From positions 12,174,567 to 12,238,566 of the forward strand of contig CM120644.1 in the NCBI GenBank assembly GCA_051362555.1: a stretch of 64,000 bases of DNA, in the 5' to 3' direction. The notes beneath the pieces were generated by a model, which saw only the letters and a program-made list of their open reading frames with translations, did not search any database and was not told the DNA's origin. This document shows, piece after piece, positions 49,691 through 61,100 of this stretch. This DNA comes from Lingula anatina (taxonomy: Eukaryota; Animalia; Brachiopoda). Made by a program: the position numbers and the translations under genes. Position 1 is the first letter of the stretch; each line of letters starts with the position of its first letter.

Positions 49691-51136
49691 AATCTAAATG
49701 ACATCAAATGTATTATGGAATATGGTACTGGTGGCATATTGTGATTTCTACTTGATTTTAAACCAGTGTGTTGTTAGATTTTGTAAGATCACCAGTTGCA
49801 GTTTTGTGACTTTGTTACAGCATGAAATTCTGTATTTGGCAAATGACTGCATGTCATTTCTTTTAAGACCTACAAAAATGGTTTGAGTGAACACTTGTGC
49901 CTGTATTCAATTCTCCACTCAGCCAATATTTAGAATTCATGCAGGGAAGCCATGCCTGTATTTTTTAAAGAAATATTTATACCTTTCTATTTATTCCCTG
50001 CACATCTTGGAAAAGTATGTGTGAATATCTTACCGATGAAACAATTTATGTTTGTGTAAGTTGGGTTGGTCCTTTCTTATGACACATCCCTTTGCATGGA
50101 GACTTTTGTGTCAGCTCACATGAGTCAATACGCTGACAGAGAGGGGGATAATTTGTTGATCTGCAATCCTCATGGGTCTGCATGTACATCAGACTCTTAA
50201 CATGATAGCCTGGCTATTAATAAGTCTCTCTCAAAAATGTTATAATACTATAATGTGTACTGCACAATGTGAAAGTTTGTGAATGCTTGAATAGAAGGCT
50301 TATTTATGAAGATGGCATTAATAAGTATGAAAATAATTATGCATTCTAGCTTCCAAAATCTGTGTATGTCTTATTCATTACATGTGACAGGTAATAATAA
50401 AGATGATTTGGCCAAATTCCAAACTTATGTAGCAAACTTTGTTTATTCTTCTATTTTTGCCAAATATAAATAAAAGATGTTTCAATATTTAAACTTTTAT
50501 TTCATTCATAATCTCTACCCAGTTAATGCTACATTGATACTGCAGCTTATGCTTTGTACATAACTATGTTAATTAATAATAACAGTTGGATAGTACATGT
50601 TGTTAATTTACTAAAGGGCTAGTTCTTAGAAAAACATGTTCGACATTGAAATATATTCTGAAAAAGTTTTCAAGAATTGCATTAGAATTGAATCTTTGGA
50701 TGTATTTGACAAAATTATAAAATTATTGAAGAGTTGACGATGCCCAGAAAATAAAGGCCTTGAGGCTCTCGCTGATCTCAGTCTTGTCACTTTAAATACA
50801 TGTACATGGGCATTATAATATAAAACTGTTCACTCGGTTTTGGTAAAAGGTGGTGGATCGTGGTCATCGCTGCAAATTTTTTGTAGCAGTCTTTTCCACA
50901 ACTTGTCACACCGACATTGAAGTGATGCAGTATTGTAAGATTGGAGTGCTTCCTGGTATGAGTTTTCCAGATATAACTTGAGGCACTGTAATAGTAAAAT
51001 TACATAAAATGGTTATAAAGAAAAAAATGTATTGATATTATCATAACAGCACTATTCTTTAACAAAAATCAACAAATTAGAGGGCATGATCACTACATGA
51101 TAACAAGCTTATAATAAAGAAGCAAGTCTGATTATG

Positions 51137-51169
<33 letters not shown>

Positions 51170-52892
51170 AAATATCTGTAGCTGCATTAAATCATAAAGG
51201 CCACAAGAAGAAATAACATAATCACACATGGTTTCAAAGAACTGATGTAAAAAAATCACACTAATATTCCCCACTTGGAATTAGAATTTTGACTAGCTAA
51301 CTTACTACAGTATAGTGCTAAACCATACCAAATGGCACTGTTCGCCCTCTAAAATACCAAAGTTTTAAGCAGGCCCAGAACCCCACGCCAACTGGGGGGG
51401 GGGGGGTCGGCTTTGCATCCGCGGACCCCCCCCTCCCCCCGTCCCCCCTCCTTTCAAATAATCCTGGATCCGCCCATGTTATACTGCTAAAATTATTAAC
51501 ATACCTGACCTCTTCACTCGTGCTTGAAGGGGTGTATCACCCAATTCCTCCTCTGAAAGGCTAAAAAATCATTCCTTATAATCATATTCATTGACAATAT
51601 TATTAAATTTACAAATAAGCTAACGTAGTTACGTGCCGTACAAAGAACACCCTCTAACCCCACTAGTACTCGAGTTACATCGTATATCTCATGGGATTCC
51701 CCTGCGAGAATATGGTGTGAGGTTAGTCTGTAAGTACTGGTAGATGACCACATTGAGCAGAAAAGGGTATTCCTCCTGCTTTACAGACCTATACACCTCA
51801 GGGGTAAAGTGCACTTTCTCGCTTCATAATATAACTACTAGTCTACTAGTACGTACCCAGTGCTAGTGATTTGGCTGCGAGTGCGTTACCTGAGGAAACG
51901 TTAATTATTAGCAGTTATCTACGCTTTTTAACTTCCTCTGCCAGATATTTTGATTTCCACTGCCATCTTCCCATTTAAAAGTACTTTTGGTAAATATAAC
52001 TCGCTTACCTGCAAAGATTCGGTGAGCAATTCTTCTTCTCCTTCACGTCCACGCTCACCTTCGAAACGACATGCTGTCTGCATTGTTTACATCTCGTATC
52101 TGAGTCGAGAAGCCGCGTTATTTCAAACTGTGTCAAGATGGCTGACGCCCGGGGTTCGAAAGTGGACGGTGAATATGATTCTTTTTTTCGATATTGATTA
52201 AGGCCATTTTATGCTTTATCCATAGCAATTGTTCTCAGATAAGTTCAAAAAGAAGCAATCCATGCACTAAAAAGGCGTTTTTAATCCTATTTTTTGTCCC
52301 TTTAATCTGTAGCCCAGATACAGGATTTGCATTGTGAAAAGTAGGCTTATGAAAAGAAATGCACGTAATATTTAACGTTGTTCCGCTAGAGGCAATTGCC
52401 GGTGACATTTGGGACGTCTGATCTCGGACGCCGACCTCGACAGTGCTAACAATCGTCTTCATCGACACGAACACCGTTTGCTATTGGGGTTCATTGAACA
52501 TTTACTTTCCAACTTTGAAATCATATTCTCTAATATTGAATGGAAAGCGCACCAACTTTATTCACATTTGGACGTTTTTTTTTTTTATTAATTCTCTCTT
52601 CTTAGGGGCTTGCTAAGACTAGAACCATCCCATTGTGCTCTTTAACGCTGTAGGTGAAAACAAACTAAATCTGAGCTTAAAACAAAGTCATAGTAAAAAA
52701 ATAATAAAAATAAAAATAAAAAAATAATAAATAATCTATATAGGAACGCTCCGTGTCGGCTCCGTGTCGCTGCGTGTGGGTGCGAATTTTACAAGGTCCC
52801 GAGTAACTGTTTTTTTTTTTTTTTTTTTGCTTGAAATAATTTCTAAAAATTGCCATTGATTACTGTAACAGGAATCTCGCACGTATAGTAAG

Positions 52893-53065
52893 GAGGGTGG
52901 GTGGCTCAGTCACGGCTAAAAATTCCAAACCCATCATCTGCCATGGTAACGGAAAGTCACGGGCTCGAATCCCAGATGACACATGGTTCTCGTGGGTCCG
53001 AACATATTACCCTTTGCATTAAAAAACGTAAAGTTTACAATAAATGATCGACTTGACAACAAATT
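52893..53065 (+). mobile_element. tRNA-derived SINE-like element
   Basis: A-box-like TGGCTCAGTCACGG (52902) and B-box GGCTCGAATCCC (52962), followed by an unrelated body and an A/T-rich tail; no intact cloverleaf. Confidence 0.55.
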
Positions 53066-54684
53066 ATTGCTGTTATTTATCATTAGGCCCCTAAGGCTGC
53101 GTCGTTAATAATGTTTCCTTTCTCTTTACTGAAATAGCCTTAAAATGATGCTTAAGCGGGGATGGTCGTTGCTCTCTATCTTTTACCAACTACGCCACAG
53201 TTCAAAATTGAACTTAGGTAAAAACTTAATTGGCATTTCGCCATGCATATCCTACTGCCTCTTTAGCAATAAGTGCTTGGATTATCAGCAAGAAAAAAAT
53301 TTTTTTTTCAAAAGCCTCTTCGCCGCTGTTGCCTTACCCATTGATACTTTTTGTTTGTTTTACCCCCCCCCCCTCCTCCTCCCAACTCTCGTGCCTTGCA
53401 AATGAAGAGTGTTCATATATTCATACAGTATCCAGGGCCGACATTTGAAATGGAAAAGACTACTAAAAACGCAAAAGTAAAAAAATAAATAAGAAAAATA
53501 ATAAAAAAGGATAAAAGCAATGATTGAAGAACTACGTGGAAGAAATTTGCTTCCCCCCTCCCTCCAGACCCCCCCCCCCCCCCAAAAGGAAAATTCAGTT
53601 TATCAGAAGACGAAAACGAAGCATAGAACACGTTTCAGAGATGAGGTCTTTAAAAAATGAACTCAATATTAATATTTTGTCCTGAAAGAGTGCAGTACCG
53701 GTAACGAGGCTTTGCTTAGGAGGGTAACTGGCGTAGCTCTTGCGGTCTTGGAGGAGAAAAAAGTTTCATTGTTTACGAATAGGTGGGTCACGGTACGAGC
53801 AAGGGTCGTGGATCACGGGGTTGTAATTCGATTGTGTAAGGTTGCATGTGCATGAATACTTTAACGTGAGGAGGTTTGTCTGTCTCTGGATTGTAACCAG
53901 TAGTGTGTTTTACAGAACTAAACAGTAGACTGAGTAGTGAATCTGCCGATGCAAGAAAGGTAATATGATAACTGAATCCTTTGAAATGACATTTTACTAG
54001 TGGTTTCATAGCTGTACTCGAATATTTTAAATTAAGAACTATTTTAGTATTTTAGTGTAGAAATTTAAAGAGTAATCAAGTAATTTATACAGTGTGGGCT
54101 CAGGGCTCATTGCTTGCCGTTGTGACAGAGATAGAAGTCCTAGGAATGAAAGTTTGGGATGGCAGTATGATATAAGTACAGGTTTGTGTTGGTCGCAGCA
54201 TTGGGTTTAATATATGGGACGAATGTCAACATCTGCACAAGGTAATGGGGAACAGACTGCGGTTCCTAGTTATGGCAGACTACCATTTCTGTCACACCGC
54301 TATTAATTATTGTAATGTTCTCCTGTGTCTGTTTTTTTTTTAATCACTAGCTGCCACTGCCATTGGTCCTACTGCACAATGTTAGTCCAGAATTAACAAA
54401 AAGGATACTAAATGTACAGTACAGCAATGACACAGTCTTTTCTGTGGGGAAAAGTTATCACTCTTTCAGACACATAATTTTGAAATCATTAAAAAACATA
54501 TTCATGAGAGCACTTTTGAGGCTTCAACTGAATATAGAACTATTATATAGGGTAGCCTGCTTTTGTTTTTTGTTGCTATACATGTACCATTGCCACTCAA
54601 TGGGAATGTTCTAATTTCAAGACATTATTACTTGCAAAAATACAGTATCCCAAAAAATCACAGTTTTTTTACTGTACACAGGCA

Positions 54685-55056
54685 ATGAGTAAGAAGACAA
54701 TCATCATCACAGGAGCCAATACAGGCATTGGGTACGAGGCTGCCAGAATACTGTGCAGATCAGGGGACAAGTATGAGGTGATCCTGGCCTGTAGATCCGA
54801 GGAGAAAGCCCAGGCAGCTGTGAAGGCCATCAAAGAGGAGAGTCCCAATGCAGATGTCATGTTTATGAAAGTAGGTTATTAATGGTGATTTAATGTGAGC
54901 TCATCAACTAAGATAGGTTTACTGGAAGTCTCTTGTGAATTTGTGAATTTTTCCCAGGCTTTTGCACCTACATGTACCCCTGTCACTTCCTGCTGAAATT
55001 GGCTAGACTAGCAGAATACATTCAGCGGGTAGGTCATAATGCTTTGTGCTGGTGGG

Positions 55057-55103
<47 letters not shown>

Positions 55104-58100
55104 CTGCATGTGCAAGTGCATACGTGTACCTGTATCTGTGTGTTTGTCTATACAAAATAAACTGCTTATTGCTTTGACACATGTAATGATGTATAACATT
55201 TTGTATATATATAAATACATAGGTATATAAATATTGGTCTTCAGTTAAGTGGTATGTAATATTCCAGTTGGACCTGGCTTCCCTAGACTCAGTGCGCCAG
55301 TTTGTAGACAACTTCTTGGCGACTGGCAAGAAGCTCCATGTGTTGTGTAACAACGCTGGCATGGCCACCAACTTCTCCGACAACGTTCGTCATCTGACCA
55401 AAGATGGATTTGAGATGACTATGGGGACAAATCATTTTGGTAGGTTATGACCTCTGCTGATGGAATTATATATCGGAGACCCTTTTCATATTGTGCAGTA
55501 TATGTACAGTGTATCTGTAGTGAATCCTTCTGACTGGTGCTAATATGTGAGTACACTGCAGTGTGTTTTACCACCAGTCTGCTTAATTGTTACTGTTTGG
55601 ACTAATCAAAATAAGCTTGGTTAACAGGCTGTGTAGAGCATGATTGAGGGCTCCTGTTTAAATTATTCTTTTCATATACCTTGTATTATTTTTCTAGGCC
55701 ACTTTCTGTTCAGTATTTGAGGGCACTGTTTATTAAATGTGTATGTGTATTATTTTTCTAGGCCACTTTCTGTTAACCAATCTTCTCCTGGACAAGCTGA
55801 AATCAACTGCGGCAAGTGATGGAGAGGCCAGAATAGTTGTTACTTCTTCAGGAATGCATGATATAAATGGCCAGCAGAATAGAAGAGGTGGGCCTTGGAC
55901 TTTAGATTTTTTATTTTGTCTTAGAAATTATGTATTCCAGTTTAACGGTGAAGAACAAAAGAAGTTTTTAACATACATGTGCTAAAAGAAACTTGAAAAT
56001 TTTTTGTGAGCCAACAGTGACCACATATACTTGTATGAAATTGTAGTCTAAAAATCTCTCAGGATTGTGTAATAGTTAATTGCTATAAGTATAACAAGCT
56101 TATTGTTAGTAGATAAATAAGTACACTGTACTATTTGTCTTTAAGCGTTGATTGGTCCAACTTGACAATGACGGCTATCTGAAACGGAAGATAAATTACA
56201 TAAGTCTACATAAATAATAATCCTATATCTCCCCCCAAGTCTTTAGGTTCACTGATAACCAAAGTCAGTAGAAAGACTGAAATGTTTCAATGATCCATGA
56301 GAGGTCACTAGTGTTTGAAAACAAGTAAACTACAAAGTAACAGTTAAACTGAATATGCAAATGACAACAGGAACAGCAAACATTGGTGTGCAACTACACA
56401 GGAGTTCAAATGTTTATGACAGTTCATAGTCTTTTTGCCAAGCTGGGGGTCGAGTGGCACGAGTGGAGCGTCTAGGTTGATCCATGGTAAGAGGCTGGGA
56501 CATTCCAGGTTGACTATCCACTATCCTGGGGCGTGGAGTGGTGCAAACACGTGTGCTAACACTGACTGGCCTAGGTGGAGATGCATTCCCCAAAGGTAAA
56601 AGACGGCGCTTTGGGGTGACGGTCCCTTTGGATGGCGTATCTGTGGAGGGTGAGGGTGTGTTGAACAGTTGAGGAACGGGTGGCGCAGTCAATGACGGCG
56701 GAGTTTCACACTGCGTTTGTGTGTCATGAGATTGTGGGGTAGCCTTGGCCTTAGGTGTTGCAGGTAGGCCAGGGATTTCTTCCTTGCGTTCCTCCTGATC
56801 AGTGGCAACCTTGGCAGGGAGTGTTGGAACAGAGCCAGGGATTTCCTTCCTTGTCTCCTGATCAGCTGCAAGTTTGGCAAGTGGTGGGGTAGCATGCGGA
56901 AGCTGAAGATCACGGTCTATGGTCTGGATTGGTGTGGGTTGCAGGACAGGTGTGTAATGCCGGAGGAATTTCCTGTTCCGTAATGTAACTCGTCCCGAGC
57001 CATCTACTCTCACAACATATTGATCGAACTGCCGTACTTCAACTACGGTCCCAGTCTTGTCCCTTTTCAGGGGGTGAGGGCCTGTCTGGTTCTGGATTCG
57101 GACACGATCCCCTACTGCAAGGGGTACAAGTCTCTTGGTGTGCTCCGTAAGGCGTTCTGCCATCTTCATATGGCGATTTCTGAGCGCTTCCTCCCTAGCC
57201 TTAAGGGTCTCTTGCCAAGTGGTGTGTGGTTTATATCTTCCCGGTGGAATGGGGATGAAATCACAGATGGAGTGCTCGAAGACGCACATTGCCGGTGAGA
57301 GTTTGGTGTCTCTGTCTGGGGTGTTCCTGTACTGAAGCATAGCATGCTGAAAGCTGTCTGTGTCCAGGTCACCGTTGGGGCTGGTATTGTCTGTGATGAG
57401 GCGTTTTACTGTCTTAACCCCAACTTCAGCACGACAGTTACTATGGGGAAAGGCTACTGATGACATACCATGATGTACACCCCAATCAGAAAGAAACTTC
57501 TTGGTGGCAGTTGATGTGAACTCCGGTCCCCCATCTGAGGATAGCTCATCGGCTATGCCAAAGGTGACAAATGTCCATCGAAGAGAAGCTATCAGGCCAG
57601 CCGCTCCTTGGGATGCTCTCTCCACAATCGGCCAGTTGGAATACCGATCAACGATGACAAGGTAGTTATTACCCATGTAGTGGAAGTAGTCAGCACAGAT
57701 GCACTGGAATGGGTAGTCAGGATACATCAATGGTGTCGGAGGGGCACTCGGTTGGGAGGGGGTCATGCGGTTGCAGTGGTTACAACCTGTTCTGATGGAT
57801 ATTATATCGGGTGTAATGCCAGGCCAGAAGACTGAGGACTCGGCTCTGGTTATCATAGAAGAGATCCCCTGATGGGCACTGTGCAATGTAGAGAGGACGT
57901 CTTGCCTTAATGCAGGTGGGATGACTACATGGTCTCTATACAATACAACTCCATCGATTGTGCTGAGGTCCTCCTTGAACTGATAATACTCGCGAAGCTT
58001 GATGGGGAACTCTTGGCGGCTCTCTGGCAGACCTGAGATTATTAAGTCTACTAGCATGGCCATATCTGCATCACTTGTGGTTGCTGTGCGTACTCTGTCC

Positions 58101-61100
58101 CAGGTCACTGATTTCAAGGTGATGGATGCCAGAGAGGATGTAAGTGCAGAGATCATGTTTTCCTCCATGGGGATGTGATTGGGGCAGGGGATCTGATTTG
58201 AGACAGAGGGTGATGTTGGCTGACATTAGCAACATCATCAGGGAGTGGGAGCTTTTCTGGATCTCCTGTGGGATGACGAGATACGCAATCTGCAGCAAGG
58301 TGTTTGACCCCACGTATATGTACCATCTGGAAGCGGTATCTGAGGGTCTTCTCCTTCAAGTTTCTTAGGCGGGGGTTGTTGATATCATCAAGGGACCTGC
58401 CACTAAAGACCTTCAGTAATGGCTTGTGGTCAACTGCAATGATGAGGTCGTGACATCCAAGGACAAAGTACCTTGTCTTGTTCAGAGCATCAGCAACAGC
58501 TAGGGCTTCACCCTCGATGGGGGCATATCGCGATTCAGCAGAGTGGGTGAAACGGCTGCCTACAAGAGTAATCTTCCATCCAGATGGGCAGCAGAATGGT
58601 CGGATAGGCTGATTAGAGCAATGCTTCTGTAGGAGCCAGAACTCAATTCCATTTTTGGACCAGTCAGTTGCAAGGCATGTGGGCCTGGACTTGTCAAATA
58701 TTCGGACCCCCTCTTCAATTTCCTTGGAGATGACAGCCTTGGATTCTTCGAAGAGACTGTTGAGATCCTCGTCCCATCTGAAGGGGGTTCCAGGTTGAAG
58801 AAGACATCTAAAGGGAAGCATTTTGTCTGCCATGCTGAAGGCATATGATACTTGGTTGACCAAACCAAACCATGATCGCAAATCAGTGATGTTTCGAGGG
58901 GTGGGAAAGTCCAAGATGGCCTGAAGGTACTTGGAACTGGGCTTGACACTGTCCAGGGTAATGTCAAATCCTGCAAATTCCACCTCATCTTGTGCGAAAA
59001 CAAATTTCTCTGGGTTCAGGGTGATGCCATGTCTACCACAGATGTCTAACCACTCTACGGCTTTGAAGAAACTCCCCTCTATTGAGCTGGACCAAAGTAG
59101 GACATCATCGACACATTTGGTTTTGTTGGTTATGTGCGAGACAATTTCGTCATATCTCCTGGTGTACCCATCACCTGAAGCAATGTACCCTTGGGGAGCA
59201 ACCTTGTATCGGTATCTGCCCAAGGGTGTGATAAACGTTGTGAGATGGCGATCCTCCTCACGAATGGGTACACTGTGGTATCCATTCCAAGCATCCAGAA
59301 CCGTCTTTTTCTTGCCTTGGGGAACAGCCCTGGCTTGGTGAAAAGGAGAAGGGGTGTGGTGGGTCTCTCGTGTAGCATGTGCATTCAGAGCCTGTAAATC
59401 AACTGTGCGGCATAGCCTGCCATTGTTCTTCGCACATACAACCATGCAGTGGCACCAGGTGACTGGCTCGCCAATTGGGACTGGTTCGATGACCCCTAGT
59501 CTGACATCTTGGTCAAGTCCTGCTTTCACTTCTTCCTGCCAGTGAAGTGGGACTGGTATTGGAGTGTGATAGGCTACTGGTGCAGCAGAAGGGTCTACCA
59601 TCAATTTCATTGGCGGGCTGTCCATAAGGGGCAAGGGCTGATGATCACATGTATTAAACGTACTGGACCTGTAATAGTCCAGAAGGTATTCTTTCAGTCG
59701 CCCACGATTCTGTTCCATCGCAGGGAAAGGCAGCTTGGTTGGAGGCGGGGGAGGTGGTTGACGTTTGGGGCAAGTGCATGTGTGTTGGGCATCGGCACCA
59801 CGTGCTGTAAGGGTAATGTCAGGGAACACGGATGCACACTGCGACATATGATATGCACCCACAGTCGGGAAGGTCTTTGGTATGATGCCAAGTGCAATAC
59901 ATGCCTCCCTGCTGATAAAGAGCTTGTCAGAGCTGTCGGTGACATAAGTCATCTGTCTTGTTTCCACCAGTTTGCCAGATGGGCCCCTCCCAGCATAGCG
60001 AAGTATAGTTGCTCTAAGAATGTTGATGCCATTGTTGACAGCAGTGTGCATCTTCATAGTGACTGGGATCAGGTCCTGGCGCTTCAAGCCTAGACGTTGG
60101 ATTACCTTAATGCCAGCAAGGCAGCTCTGACAACCAGTGTCGGCCATTGAGGGATGTTCTATTGGTGTGGCTGAGGATAGAAGGCTGAAGCCTAGCTCTC
60201 TGTAATCGTCTGCACAGACCGTGATTCTGAGGTTGACGAACGGTTGTGGTTTGGAAGCTCTTCGCACCCACGTGTCATTCAATTGATCATAGATATGATG
60301 ATCTAAAGCAATGGCCCTGCCTTTCATATGTTGTGTTGTGATGGTGACAGAGCAGAGCGATTCAAAGACTGCGCCTTCACAGTCATCTGCCTCATGACAG
60401 GAAGTAGTCTTCTGGCTCGGCTTGGGTTTGTCTTTGCTACGGCACACTATTTCAAGGTGGTGGTATCGTGTGCAGGTCTGGCATTTGTGTCCAAAGGCGG
60501 GGCAATCTCTCTTACGAATGCGTAGAGGAGCAGCCTTGCCATGGCCAGTTTTTCCACAGTAGCCACAGGGGTCCTGGGGTGGTTTTTCGGCAGGGGTGGA
60601 GGTCTCTTTTTTCTTGTGTCGGTAAGTGCTACCGATGGCCTCAGCTGCTTGGGATTCTTGTAAGCGTGATGCGGAGCGCTTCCCTGCTTCTTTTGCTTCC
60701 ACAAATTGGAGGACTTCCTCCAATGTCATGTCCTGGTTCTTATCCCCTAAGAGGTCTATTTGGATCTCAGAGTCTGCTAGTCCACGGGTTAGAACATCAC
60801 GGGTCATCTCCCCCATGTAGCTTACAGCAGTGTTGCAACTGGGGCATGAGACAGAAAATTTGCACACTCCTGCCTGGCCTTTTAGACGGGCTCCAAAGTT
60901 GCGGACAGGTTCATCTCTGTCTTGGTGCATGTTCTGTAGTGTCACTCTAGCCACCATTGTGTTCTCTGTGTGTACCGCTAATGCTTTGATTGCGGCCATC
61001 ACCTCATCAACGGATTTGTTTGCAAGGCTCCCACCTGCTGTCCTAGTTAGGTCTTTTCGCAAGGGGTCATCACAACATTCCAGCAATTGGATAACCCTGT

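Larger units (their letters stand above)
47119..52301. mobile_element. Putative decayed Kolobok-type element (~5.2 kb) with spliced gene remnants
   Basis: TTAA flanks; TIRs AAGGACACAAAAGAGGATT / (rc) AGGGACAAAAAATAGGATT (16/19). Exon-like remnants on + (47406-47651, 48514-48630, ~49335-49690) and on - (52009-52083 and downstream). Confidence 0.5.

Noticed and set aside
52893-52980. Functional tRNA gene
   Set aside because: The A-B box spacing is too long, there is no cloverleaf, and it continues into a SINE-like body.
799-54614. Most 60-110 aa ORFs in the track
   Set aside because: They are intronic or repeat-derived, often start at non-ATG codons or run through microsatellites, and have no splice or homology support.
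56109-56113. 4-bp TSD (GTAG) with LTRs one base longer
   Set aside because: Formally possible, but 5 bp matches on both flanks, gives symmetric TA...TA ends and places the PBS flush with the LTR.
56414-56960. env gene or chromodomain at the 3' end of the Gypsy element
   Set aside because: The tail is a low-complexity Pro/Thr region with a short internal repeat; it has no signal peptide, TM segment or chromodomain aromatic pattern.
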